A stretch of DNA of 64,000 nucleotides from an uncultured Ruficoccus sp. GTDB lineage: Bacteria > Verrucomicrobiota > Verrucomicrobiia > Opitutales > Cerasicoccaceae. The DNA is taken from NCBI GenBank assembly GCA_965140785.1, contig OZ223475.1, positions 160,001 to 224,000 on the forward strand, read 5' to 3'. Positions 51,875-62,314 of the stretch are shown here, in pieces. The position numbers were made by a program, and so were the translations under genes. Position 1 is the stretch's first letter. Each line of letters starts with the position of its first letter. A model generated the notes under the pieces. The model had not been told where the DNA came from and made no database searches. It worked only from the letters and a program-made list of their open reading frames with translations.

Positions 51875-52516
51875 ATGCATTGGTTAGACTGGCTTATCAC
51901 CCTTATGCCTGTTGCCATCGTTTTGTTTCTTGCTGTATACAGTAAGAAACACGTGCGTGGGGTGGTGGATTTTCTGGCGGCGGGCCGCTATGTGATCTCG
52001 GCGGGAGACCTGACGGCGGGGTTGAGTGTGATCACACTGGTGGCGCTGGTCGAGACCAAGTATCAGGTTGGCTATGCGTTGTCCTTCTGGGAATACCTGA
52101 CGATACCGGTGGGCGTCATCATGGGGCTGACCGGGTACTGTGTGTACCGTTTTCGTGAGACGGGTTCGCTCACGATCGGGCAGTTTCTGGAGATGCGTTA
52201 TTGCCGGCCGTTTCGTATCGTGGCGGCCACGATACGTCTGGTCTCGGAGATAGTGACCAACACCATCGGTCCGGCAATAGTGGCCATTTTTATCATCTAC
52301 TTTCTAAGGCTTCCACTAAAGGTGATGATCCTCGGGGTCATTCCCACAGTCTGGTTCCTTATCGGTGGCATCATTGACATCCGTAAGCTCTTTCTCGACC
52401 TCGCCGCCCGTATCGATGACCTGCTCGAGAGCGGCATGGTAGAAGGCTACGTCTCTATCATCGACAAAGCCGTCTTCGAAGCACGCGGAATGGAAAACGA
52501 CTATAAGGACGTTTAG
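51875..52516 (+). pseudogene. SSS symporter with large in-frame internal deletion
   Basis: N-terminus and extreme C-terminus align with the 649-aa SSS at 17868; only 213 aa; junction near 52340. Confidence 0.8.
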
Positions 52517-52590
52517 GTCTACTATATATTATAAAAGGATGCTTACGTGCTTAATTAATACTAAAATAAAAAAATATAAAGATTATCTTT

Positions 52591-54046
52591 ATGACTTCAT
52601 ATACTAACTTTTTTGCCACACTCGAACTAAACTCCCGCTTGCTGGGCTGCTGGCTGGGTAAATTGATCGGGGGCACGCTTGGCCTGGCTGCCGAGGGCCG
52701 GATGGATCGGCTTCACTACTCGTTTTACGAGCCGGTACCGACCATCGCTCCACCCAACGACGACCTCGAACTGCAACTGGTCTGGCTGCACTTGGTCGAG
52801 CAAAAACAAGAGCAGGGAGCTGACGGCTCAGGACTTCGCCAAGGCCTGGATCGAGAACATTCACTATATGTGGGACGAGTATGGGCGCTGCCGCTGGAAC
52901 CTGCGCCGAGGGGTACCGTCGGAGGCATGCGGGACATTTGAGAACTGGTTTGTCAGCGGAATGGGCTCACCGATCCGCTCAGAAATCTGGGCCTGCCTTT
53001 TCCCCGGTGATCCGGCCAGTGCGGCCTATTATGCCGCTCTCGATGCTTCACTCGATCATGGCGTGGAAGGGATTGCCGGAGAGGTTTACTTCGCGGTTAT
53101 CCAAAGTCTGGTTTTGGGCGGTGTCACGTTGGCTGACGCGCTGGAGCAGGGGAGTGCGCGCCTACCCGCTGACTCCGAAACCGCACAGGCCGTGGCGCTC
53201 GTGCGTCGTTTGTACGCCGAGGGCGTGGAGGTTTGGGAGTGCCGCGAGAAACTGCTCAGCGAGCATGGTCATGACAACTTTACCCATGCCCCGCTCAATA
53301 TCGCGCTCACCGTGTGGGCCATGCTTTACGGGGAGGGGGACTTTAGCGAGACGATCCTCTACGCCGTCAACGGTGGCTACGATACAGACTGCACGGCGGC
53401 GACTGCCGGGGCGATTTTGGGGATGGTTATCGGTGCCGAAAACATCCCGGACAAATGGAAAGCTCCGATCGGCAACGGTGTCTATGTCGGGCCCGGTATC
53501 CTCGGGATTGACAGCCCGAGCACGCTTGAGGAGCTGACTCAACGCCAGACTGCGCAGATCGGTAAACTGGCAAAAAGGAGCTGGGACGATCTCGTGCTCG
53601 AACCGACTCCGCCTGCCGTGGATGTGGCCACGCTGCCCGGGACGCTGACTTTGACGCTGCCGGACGGAGAAACGGCCTTGTGGGCCAACGGCGAACTTCC
53701 CGCGAGTGTGAAAGCCGCCGGTGGGGCGACTTGGACTTGGGATAAGCCTGATGACAGCCCGCGGTTCCTGATCGCACTGGCGACTGCGGGAGCCCGCCTC
53801 TACGTAGATGGTGAGCGGGTCGTTGATTGCCCGCCGGGAGTGCCCTTCGTCCCTGCGACTCACCGCTGCGCGGACCCGGCTCGTCAAACGGTTAAACTTC
53901 CCGCAGGCAAGCACGAGGTGCGTTTGGAGTTAAATAAAAAAGATCCCGAGCAGGATGCGACGGTATATCTGGCCTATCCGAACCTGCACATCGCCCCGTG
54001 GACGATCGAAGAACTGCCGAAGTTGGCGCAACTCCCAGAAGCCTGA
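52591..54046 (+). pseudogene. ADP-ribosylglycohydrolase-family protein, frameshifted near 52805 (may be a sequencing error)
   Basis: GCWLGKLIGGTLG..EG, NDD in one frame; MGSPIRSE, GYDTDCTAATAGA in the next. Confidence 0.8.
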
Positions 54047-54085
54047 ACGGTTTCCATTAACCGCTTGTATTCAAAAATAATTACT

Positions 54086-55174
54086 ATGTCTGATAAACTA
54101 AAAATCGGTATCCTCGGCTGTGGAAACATGGCGCAAATGGCGCACATTCCGGCCTTCAAATCGCTGGCCAACGCCGATGTCGTTGCCCTGTGTGATTTTC
54201 GTTTAGACGTCGCTCAAGCCTTGTGTACTCGTTGGGATGTCCCCAACGCCTGTGCCAGCCTTGAGGACATGCTGGCATTGGATATCGACGCTGTCGCGGT
54301 TCTGACGCCTGCGCATAGTCATTTGCGTGACATTCGGCTTTCACTGGAGGCGGGTAAGCATGTTTTTACCGAGAAGCCTGCCGCCATGTGTGTCGAGTCG
54401 GTACGCGAGCTTCAGCAGGTGGCCCAGAAGGCAGGAAAAACCGTCAGGGTCGGCTACATGAAGCGGCACGAGCAAAACATCTGCGAATTGCTGAAGCTTC
54501 AATCCGCAGGTGACTGGGGAAAGCTGCTCTTTGTGCGCACGCATTCGTTCATCGGTAGTCACTGGGATGCCGCAGTGGGGAGTCTGGTTCGCCCGATTAC
54601 TTCAAGCGAAATCCCGCCTTTCGATGCCTCGGTGCTCGATCCCGGACCGGGTTGGCTGGACGCTCCGCGTGACAAGTGTTTTTACAGCTTCGACAACCCA
54701 TACTTTGGCCTGCTCGATACCGGCTCACACTCGGTCAATCTGCTGCGCTACCTGACGGGAACAACGCCAAGTGTCAAAGGCGTGCGCAACAGCGGGCCAG
54801 TGCGCCTGGTGGATTTCGACTTTGGCGGGGTGCCAGGTGTGTTGGAGTTTTGCGTGAACTTCGCCATGGAGCGTTGGGACGAAGTGACCGAGCTTTACTT
54901 TGAAAAGGCCAGTGTAACGATCAAAACGCCGCCACCGCTGGACCGGCAGACCTCCGCGCAGGTCGAGATCTACACCGAGGCCGACGGTCGCCACGAAAAC
55001 CTTGTGTTGGAGAACAATCGCCGCTGGGCCTTCCAGCGACAGGCAGAGTCCTTTGTTCAGCAGGCGCTTGCCGGCGAAACTGGAACCGATCTGGAAGAGG
55101 CCGAGCAGGATGTTGCTTTGATCGAGCAAATCTACCGCCTGGAAACCGGGGCAGTCGTTCTCGCTGAATCCTGA
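54086..55174 (+). CDS. Gfo/Idh/MocA-family oxidoreductase
   Basis: GILGCGNMA, GKHVFTEKP, VGYMKR, DTGSH. Confidence 0.92.
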   Translation: MSDKLKIGILGCGNMAQMAHIPAFKSLANADVVALCDFRLDVAQALCTRWDVPNACASLEDMLALDIDAVAVLTPAHSHLRDIRLSLEAGKHVFTEKPAAMCVESVRELQQVAQKAGKTVRVGYMKRHEQNICELLKLQSAGDWGKLLFVRTHSFIGSHWDAAVGSLVRPITSSEIPPFDASVLDPGPGWLDAPRDKCFYSFDNPYFGLLDTGSHSVNLLRYLTGTTPSVKGVRNSGPVRLVDFDFGGVPGVLEFCVNFAMERWDEVTELYFEKASVTIKTPPPLDRQTSAQVEIYTEADGRHENLVLENNRRWAFQRQAESFVQQALAGETGTDLEEAEQDVALIEQIYRLETGAVVLAES

Positions 55175-55220
55175 GTCTGTATCCATCGTTCAATACAATT
55201 ATTTATTCAACGAACACTCC

Positions 55221-56222
55221 ATGAAAATCGCCCATCATCTCGGACAGTCCAAAGTTGTCATTGAAGAAGTCTCCAAACCCGTGCCCAAAGCCGGTGAGGT
55301 CTTAGTCAAGAACGTCGTCTCCGCTCTTTGCGGGAGCGAGATGAACGACTACCGCAAGGACGGGATACCCGGTGGCAACAATGGCCACGAGGCTGCCGGT
55401 GTCGTGGCTGAACTTGGCGAGGGTGTCACCTCATTGGAGGTCGGCCAGCGCGTCGGCGTCAGTGCGATCTCCGGTTGCGGAAAGTGCGACTACTGCAAAA
55501 AGGGTCAGTACACCTGGTGCGACAATTTTAGCTTCTATGGCAACATGCATGCAGAGTATTTCGTCATCGCCGCGCATGCCTGCCACATCATCCCGGACGG
55601 CATTCCCTGGGAAGTCGGTGTGCTTATTACCGGTGACGGGTTAGGCGTGCCTTATCATACCTCCCGCAAGATCGCCTCGCCCGAAGTCGAGACGGTGGCG
55701 GTCTTCGGGCTCGGACCGATCGGCTTGGGAAATGTCCTTGTGCAAAGCCATCTGGGCCGCCGCGTCATCGGGATCGACCTCTCGCCCGACCGCCGCGCAC
55801 TCGCCGTGGACATGGGGGCGAGCGATGTCATCGCCGCCGATCAGGTCAAGGATATGCGTGAAGCCGTGGCGGAACTGACCGGCGGCATGGGGGCGGATGT
55901 GTGCATTGAGGCGGCGGGTATTCCCGTGACCGCGCGCCAGTGTTTTGCTTGTACGCGTAAGGGCGGTATCGTTGTCTTTAACGGCGAACAGCCGAAGCTC
56001 GAACTCTCCCCGAGCGAAGATTTTATCCGCCGCGATATTACCGCCATCGGCTCGTGGTTCTATCATTTCTGCGAGTACCCGGCCATGCGCAAGGCCTACG
56101 AAAACGGCCTGCGCGTGGACAAACTCGTCACCCACCAATTCCCCTTGGATCAAGTCTCCGAAGCCTACCAAGCCATGGCCAACGGCAAGTCAGGGAAGGT
56201 TCTCATGCAGTACGGGAAGTAA
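55221..56222 (+). CDS. Zinc-dependent alcohol/polyol dehydrogenase (MDR)
   Basis: LCGSE, GHEAAG, CGKCDYC...C, GLGPIG. Confidence 0.93.
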   Translation: MKIAHHLGQSKVVIEEVSKPVPKAGEVLVKNVVSALCGSEMNDYRKDGIPGGNNGHEAAGVVAELGEGVTSLEVGQRVGVSAISGCGKCDYCKKGQYTWCDNFSFYGNMHAEYFVIAAHACHIIPDGIPWEVGVLITGDGLGVPYHTSRKIASPEVETVAVFGLGPIGLGNVLVQSHLGRRVIGIDLSPDRRALAVDMGASDVIAADQVKDMREAVAELTGGMGADVCIEAAGIPVTARQCFACTRKGGIVVFNGEQPKLELSPSEDFIRRDITAIGSWFYHFCEYPAMRKAYENGLRVDKLVTHQFPLDQVSEAYQAMANGKSGKVLMQYGK

Positions 56223-56399
56223 GTGGAATCAAGGAGTATCAGAGATTCTTTAAATCCTATTCGCTAGATAAAAAAGGCAAATCGGAAGACAATCTGTCAT
56301 CGATAGCCCATAGGCGGATGTTCGGTGATGATCCTTGTATGATAGGTGCTTGATGATGCGCTGATAAATTCTCTGGTTAGTCTTATTGTATCATTCCAT

Positions 56400-56740
56400 G
56401 TGTCAGCGATTCGACAAAGTCGTTTCTCTCGGCCCTAGGTCTTGGCGTCGATTCGGCCCGAATTACTAAGTCGTTTTCTGACGCCTTACTAGGCTCATTT
56501 TTAGGGTGGTGGATTCGATGTGGGGTGCTTGAATCATCGGGCCGGACCAGTTGAGTTTGATGCATCTGTCGAATGTTCTGATGACTCCCGAATCGGATAT
56601 TCCTCCAGCGATTGCGAATGCCCTCTATGCTGTTCACGAGGTAGCAGTGGAGGAAAATACGGAGCTACTTGAAATGCTTGCCTCCTCGGAGGAGGTTCCG
56701 CTTGAGCCGGACTCGACGTTGCTGGAGCTTGCGCCCGCCG
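56400..56740 (+). pseudogene. Relic of a PVC mobile-element hypothetical protein
   Basis: SRFSRP*VLASIRPELLSRFLTPY*AHF*G..., then LSNVLMTPESDIPPAIANALYAVHEVA; family recalled from memory. Confidence 0.4.
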
Positions 56741-57190
56741 GTGCCTCAAATGCAATGGTACGGTTCTAGGAGGTCACGCCAGGGTTGCCAATACCACGTG
56801 AGTGATGGTTCGTTCTTTCCGGACAGTCGCGGCCAGCCGTGTGTAGAGTCGCACCTTTACGCCGGCCGTTAGGCAGAATTCGTCCAGGATTTGCTTCATA
56901 GACTCGACATCGTAGAGGTCGCGCTCATGCAGTATGGCTTCACGCTGCCGGAGGGCTTCACGGATTTCAACAATCAACCCGGGCTTATCCTACGAGTCGA
57001 GTATCAGAGATAAAAGACCAGCGGTCCAAACGCCCCCCGAGGAATCCCTGATGCCCGATCAGGCATACCGACGCCCCGTTGCGGGCGGCCGCGATGCCGG
57101 TCGGACCACCGCCACATCGGAGCTGGCTTTGACAGGCAAAGAGCTAGGCTTTTCCTCTATTATATCAATGTTTGTCATTTTACAAAATGG

Positions 57191-58615
57191 CTAGATGCGA
57201 CCGCGACGATCTTCCAGCAGAGTCCGGATCTCGGCCAGCCTTTGTCGGTTAAGGGGATAAAATAAAACCAGTGCCAGAGAAAAAATCCAGATAACGACAG
57301 GGATCAGCAGAAATACCCACTTCATACGTAGAAGCACCTCTGGTGACTGCTCGGAGAGCAAAACATCAAAACCTGTGACATTGAGCATGAGGCCGCCAAT
57401 GCCCATCGCGCACGTATTGGCTGCTTTTATAAACCAGGAATAAAAGGCGTTGAGCGAGCCTTCCCGTCGTCGGCTGGTGTCAACTTCATCGTAGTCCGCA
57501 ACGTCCGCCTTCATCGATGGCATAAACAACCAAATGGCGGTGAAGCCACAGGATTGCATTATGGCCGGGATCAATTGGAGGTAAGGCATTTCCGGATTTA
57601 AGCAGAAATAGTAAGTCAGGTGCCCAAACATGGCTATCAGCAACAATGCGATGACCAGGGTTTTCTTGTCGAACTTCTCACTTAGCCAAGTCAGGATAGG
57701 AAGCGAGATTATGCCAACCACCACAGTGATGGTGACCTTCCATCCATCGATGATCGAGGCGCTCGCCAATTCTCCCTTATTGACCAGAAAAATATTAATG
57801 TATTGCCCGAGGCTTGCTACGGACGCATTTCCGAAAGATAAAAAGAAGGAGGCGCCGATCAGGCACCACAACGGTTTGCAGCGAAACGTTTCGCGGATGC
57901 TTTGCCAGAATGGTTCACGCTTCTGCTTGCTGGCTTCTTTCTCGTAGTAACGCTCCTTAACAAAAAGCGCCGGCAGCAAGCCGATGGCGATGATCAGGAT
58001 GGCTAAAACCCAACTGCAGGAGCGCACGCCGTTGACGATGTCCGCCTCGCCAGTTTCCGGATTGGCGAACCAGGGACCAGTGACAATAGCCATAATCCAT
58101 CCCCCGCCCAGAGACACGATTTTGGCGGCGAGGGACATCCACGCCGTCAGCCGCGTGCGTTCATCATAATTAGGCGTAAGCTCAAGCTGCATCCCGTAAT
58201 ACGGCATCGACCAGCACGTAAATGAGCTGAAGAAAAGCCAGCCGAGAACAAGCATGTAAAAAAACATAGCGGTCTCTCCCCAGCCTTCGGGTGGTCGCCA
58301 AAGGAATGGATAGATAATCCCCGACAGAATGGCTCCGATGAACATGAAGGGTCGCCGTCGCCCCCAACGCGTCCGGGCGTTGTCAGAAATATTTCCCATG
58401 AGCGGATCAGAAATCGCGTCCCACGCACGCAACAGCATCAGACCGAGGCCAATCAAGGCGGGGTTCATCTTCAAGCCAATGTTGAAATATGGCATCCACA
58501 GCATGCTGATGGTTACGTAGGTTGCAAAATAATCCATCTTGCCACCGAAGGCGAAGGCGATTTTTTGCCCAAAGGGAATCCGGTCCGACTCCGGTATCGT
58601 ATTTTTAGCTGCCAT
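57191..58615 (-). CDS. MFS transporter, GPH (glycoside-pentoside-hexuronide) family
   Basis: WDAISDPLMGNISD..RTRWGRRRP, ELTPNYDERT, ADVADYDE..RRREG. Confidence 0.93.
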   Translation of the reverse strand: MAAKNTIPESDRIPFGQKIAFAFGGKMDYFATYVTISMLWMPYFNIGLKMNPALIGLGLMLLRAWDAISDPLMGNISDNARTRWGRRRPFMFIGAILSGIIYPFLWRPPEGWGETAMFFYMLVLGWLFFSSFTCWSMPYYGMQLELTPNYDERTRLTAWMSLAAKIVSLGGGWIMAIVTGPWFANPETGEADIVNGVRSCSWVLAILIIAIGLLPALFVKERYYEKEASKQKREPFWQSIRETFRCKPLWCLIGASFFLSFGNASVASLGQYINIFLVNKGELASASIIDGWKVTITVVVGIISLPILTWLSEKFDKKTLVIALLLIAMFGHLTYYFCLNPEMPYLQLIPAIMQSCGFTAIWLFMPSMKADVADYDEVDTSRRREGSLNAFYSWFIKAANTCAMGIGGLMLNVTGFDVLLSEQSPEVLLRMKWVFLLIPVVIWIFSLALVLFYPLNRQRLAEIRTLLEDRRGRI

Positions 58616-58911
58616 TGAATGTTCTGAAAGAGTGGGTTGCGCTCTGTTACAGAGGGTTGGGGCAACCTTGAATAATCGATACTCACAGACGAAGCAGGTG
58701 ACCCTGCCGGAAGCTCGATCATGGGGGGATTGCCTGTCGCCGATAAATACAACGATGTCCCTATTAGAGAGACGCTAAGAGGGATAACGTCCGATAGACG
58801 CATTTACTGGGGCAATGGCTTGCAACATGCAAATGACTGACGATTGAACTCGTTAAGCCGGGCTGCTAGGAAAGCAGCTATATCTAACCGATAAACTGAA
58901 TATACAAAATG

Positions 58912-58934
58912 GGAGCAATATGCTCTATTGCTCC
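58912..58934. promoter_or_regulatory. Perfect 9-bp inverted repeat in divergent promoter region
   Basis: GGAGCAATA-tgctc-TATTGCTCC. Confidence 0.4.
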
Positions 58935-58958
58935 AGAACCCTGATTCTTTATGACGAT

Positions 58959-58972
58959 TTTAACGTGTTAAA
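58959..58972. promoter_or_regulatory. Putative operator TTTAACGTGTTAAA
   Basis: Shares TAACGTGTTA core with 28174 and 48879; about 50 bp before a PEP-CTERM start. Confidence 0.55.
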
Positions 58973-59021
58973 TGCCATCTAAATTGTATGCGTCCAATTT
59001 ATGAGGTAATCCTGTGGGCTT

Positions 59022-59876
59022 ATGAAAATTAAATATCTTCCCCTCATTCTAGCTTCTACTTCTATTCTCATCGGATCCCAGGCAAATGCGGACGTTATCT
59101 GGACTGCGGACTTTGAGTCCTACAACACTTCAGGCGGCCCCGTAAATGTGACGCTTAACAGCACGGGCGCGGATGACACGTTTTCGTCGATCGCACCTAA
59201 TTCACGAATGTCCACAGCTGCCAGCCAGGTCGCTTCAACGGGTGTTCCGGCCTTCATGTCGGGCAATGCGTTTTACCTTGAGGGATTGGTGACACAAGAC
59301 GGAAACGCATCGATTCGGACGCTTCAGCCTGATCTTCCTAGCCTTGGATCCGATGGCCTGTATGTAGTTAGTTTCGATTTTTTCACCTCCGATTCAACGA
59401 ATTACAGTATCATTGGAGAGACGAGAGCGGGATCCGGCCGCTCGGGCAATACTCTCTATACGGCCAGCACCAACAATACGCCGCTACGCATCACGATGGT
59501 GATCAATCACACAGACAATTCGGTGGCGCTTCCCTCGACCCTCGGAACGCTGAACGCCGACTCCATGGTCATGTATCTCTACGATGGCACCACCTTCAGT
59601 GGGGCTAAGTTTAATGATGGGAACATCACCAGCAGCAGTATTTCTGGATTCAGCATTGGCATAAGCCGCAGTAACTTCGACGAGAATGACACCCCGTCTG
59701 CCTGGTATGACAACTTTGCCGTATGGAATTCCGTAAGCGACACCGTTGGCGGGACGAGCGTTCTGGAATTAGCGCCTGGTACGCCTATTCCTGAACCATC
59801 AACCTATGCATTGATACTAGGAGCGACATGCTTGGTCGGCCACCTTGCGCTTCGCCGCCGGGCCCAGCGCCAATAA
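59022..59876 (+). CDS. PEP-CTERM sorting domain protein
   Basis: Signal peptide; IPEPSTYAL + TM + RRRAQRQ. Confidence 0.92.
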   Translation: MKIKYLPLILASTSILIGSQANADVIWTADFESYNTSGGPVNVTLNSTGADDTFSSIAPNSRMSTAASQVASTGVPAFMSGNAFYLEGLVTQDGNASIRTLQPDLPSLGSDGLYVVSFDFFTSDSTNYSIIGETRAGSGRSGNTLYTASTNNTPLRITMVINHTDNSVALPSTLGTLNADSMVMYLYDGTTFSGAKFNDGNITSSSISGFSIGISRSNFDENDTPSAWYDNFAVWNSVSDTVGGTSVLELAPGTPIPEPSTYALILGATCLVGHLALRRRAQRQ

Positions 59877-59905
59877 GCTTTCGAACGCTCAAAGATGTTC
59901 AGATT

Positions 59906-59935
59906 TAAGTCGCAGCTAATTTGGGCTGCGACTTA
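59906..59935 (+). terminator. Stem-loop after PEP-CTERM gene
   Basis: TAAGTCGCAGC-8 nt-GCTGCGACTTA perfect 11-bp stem. Confidence 0.55.
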
Positions 59936-60106
59936 TTCGTCCTCAAGGTAAACGGCATCGAATTGCGTTAGCCATTCAATGCAAGTCATCCCGTTCCAAT
60001 CCGCAAGGGTGGAGCTTATACCGCAGCATCTCAGAAAATGTTTTCGTACCGCCCCTTCCCACAGCGATTGTGCGGATTTGAACGGCCGCTTGTCATTACG
60101 TGTCTG

Positions 60107-62101
60107 ATGCCTCGGACAGTACCATCATTGTTCAGACAGGCAGCATTCGTCGCACTGCTGACGCTTGGAGCTTTGCTGGATGCGAAGGTGACGATGCCCT
60201 CGATTTTTAGCGACTACGCGGTTCTGCAGCGATCGCAGCACACCCCTGTCTGGGGTATGGCTTCGCCTCAGGAATCAGTTACGGTAACGGTAGGCGAACT
60301 CGAGGTTCAGACATCGGCTGGAAGCGACGGCGTGTGGAGCGTTTCTCTCAACACCAGCGCGCTGTCGGCCACGCCCGGCGACATGATTGTCACCGGAGAA
60401 AATCGAGTCGTGATTCACGATGTCGCTATAGGTGAGGTTTGGCTGGCGTCCGGCCAATCCAACATGGAATGGCGATTGGATATGACCGACGGCGGGAGGG
60501 AGGAAGTCGCTCGCGGCGCTGGGCCTTTAATACGGGAATTCCAGGTTGAGCGCGTTACCTCGGGCAAGCCGGCGAATCAGGTTTCCGGCAAGTGGATAAA
60601 GGCAGAACCCTGGAAGATGAAATATTTTTCCGGCGTGGCCTATTATTTCGCGAAAATCATTCACGAGAAAACCGGCGCTCCCGTTGGCATTATTCATGCC
60701 GCGTGGGGTGGGACGCCGGTGGAGACATGGATGAGCGCCCAATCACTGCGACGAGAGAAAACGCTGAGCCAGAAGCTGGATGAAATAACCGATACAATGG
60801 AGGCATATCCGGCGCAAAAGGCGGCCTTCGCCCGTGATTTTGACCAATGGTTGGAGGCTACGGGGCGCACAGACCAAGTGCCTCAACCGGAAGTGTTCGC
60901 GGCTGCGGACATCGACGTCTCAGACTGGGTTACGGTGAAAATCCCAGGTGTCATTTCCGGAAATGAACTGCCTCGGCTGGGGGCCTTCTGGGTACGAAAG
61001 GAAATCGAATTGCCCGAACGAAGCGCCGATCATGACATCACCTATATCGTCGATGGCTTTACGGGCTTTGAATCGATCTACTGGAACGGCCACCTCATTG
61101 GCGGAGTCGACCATCGTAACTGGCCGGGCTCTGGAGGGCGACGTTGGTATGAGATTCCGGGCGAGTACGTTAATGCGGGAACAAACATTCTGGCCATTAG
61201 GCTCGCAGCGCCCGTTGAGCCGGCCGCAATTAAGGGCTGGTGGAATCGATTGGATGGCCCGGCTAGAGTTTACGCCAAGGGCGAATGGCTGGCCGCAACG
61301 GAGTATGCCTTACCGGATTTAACTGCCGAAGAAGAGGCTGCGCTTCCCCCGTTTTACGCCGAACCCATGCTGCACCGCTATCGCCCCGGCTATGCGTTCA
61401 ACGGCATGATTCACCCATTGATCCCCTACGGAATACGCGGAGTCATTTGGTATCAGGGGGAAAACAATGTCGGCAACGCCGCACTCTACCGTCACGCTTT
61501 CCCCTTGATGATTGAGGGATGGCGTGAGCTTTGGAATCAAGGTGATTTCCCATTCCTGTTCTGCCAGCTTCCGGCATACCACGCCAAGCAGGCAGAACCT
61601 GTGGAGAGTGAGTGGGCCGAACTGCGGGAGGCGCAGGCGGCGGCGCTTCAGTTGCCCAATACCCGCATGGCGGTGCTGACCGATTTAGGCGAGGCAGACA
61701 ATTTACATCCGCGCAATAAGGCGCCAGTCGGCGAACGTCTGGCGAATCTGGCGCTGTCCAGCGTGTATAACCTGGAGGCACCAAACAGCGGGCCCGTCTA
61801 CGCCGGTATGGAAGTCGAGGACTCACAGGTTCGACTGTTTTTCGAGGACATCGACGGGGCGTTGACACCCTTGTCATCGGAATCGGACAAAACGGCCGCG
61901 GATGAGTTGTCTGGTTTTGCGATCCGAGGAACGGAGGGACAATGGGTCTGGGCCAAGGCAAAAATCGATGGAGATACCGTTATTGTCTGGTCAGAGCAAA
62001 TTGCGGAACCCAAAGCTGTCCGCTATAATTGGGCCGATAATCCATCTGGCAATCTGACGGATGCGACCGGCCTTCCTGTCGCTCCGTTTCGCACGGAGTG
62101 A
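60107..62101 (+). CDS. Sialate O-acetylesterase-like (SASA/DUF303) carbohydrate esterase
   Basis: GEVWLASGQSNM, WGGT, WYQGE, DNLHP, VRYNW...PFRT; start 60038 or 60107. Confidence 0.9.
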   Translation: MPRTVPSLFRQAAFVALLTLGALLDAKVTMPSIFSDYAVLQRSQHTPVWGMASPQESVTVTVGELEVQTSAGSDGVWSVSLNTSALSATPGDMIVTGENRVVIHDVAIGEVWLASGQSNMEWRLDMTDGGREEVARGAGPLIREFQVERVTSGKPANQVSGKWIKAEPWKMKYFSGVAYYFAKIIHEKTGAPVGIIHAAWGGTPVETWMSAQSLRREKTLSQKLDEITDTMEAYPAQKAAFARDFDQWLEATGRTDQVPQPEVFAAADIDVSDWVTVKIPGVISGNELPRLGAFWVRKEIELPERSADHDITYIVDGFTGFESIYWNGHLIGGVDHRNWPGSGGRRWYEIPGEYVNAGTNILAIRLAAPVEPAAIKGWWNRLDGPARVYAKGEWLAATEYALPDLTAEEEAALPPFYAEPMLHRYRPGYAFNGMIHPLIPYGIRGVIWYQGENNVGNAALYRHAFPLMIEGWRELWNQGDFPFLFCQLPAYHAKQAEPVESEWAELREAQAAALQLPNTRMAVLTDLGEADNLHPRNKAPVGERLANLALSSVYNLEAPNSGPVYAGMEVEDSQVRLFFEDIDGALTPLSSESDKTAADELSGFAIRGTEGQWVWAKAKIDGDTVIVWSEQIAEPKAVRYNWADNPSGNLTDATGLPVAPFRTE

Positions 62102-62314
62102 TCGGGAGTGTTTCCGACATTCACAGGGGGGGGAATTTGAGAATAGACCCCATGGCGTATGGAGATGCCTATGTGCTGCTTCAAATACCGCGATTTGATG
62201 CTAAACTTGCTTGTCGCCAGTCTTGATTTGCAAGAGTATCTACTTCGCGCACCGTCCCGGACTTTTCTTCCCCTTGGTTTGGGGGGGTGAGCGTTGCCCC
62301 AAGCCCTAGAAAAC

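Noticed and set aside
20564..54046. KptA and ARH as a writer/eraser pair
   Set aside because: About 31 kb apart in different modules; no evidence of linkage
56400..56500. TAG stop-codon recoding
   Set aside because: The frame also has a frameshift, and TAG ends normal genes in this window; decay is the simpler explanation
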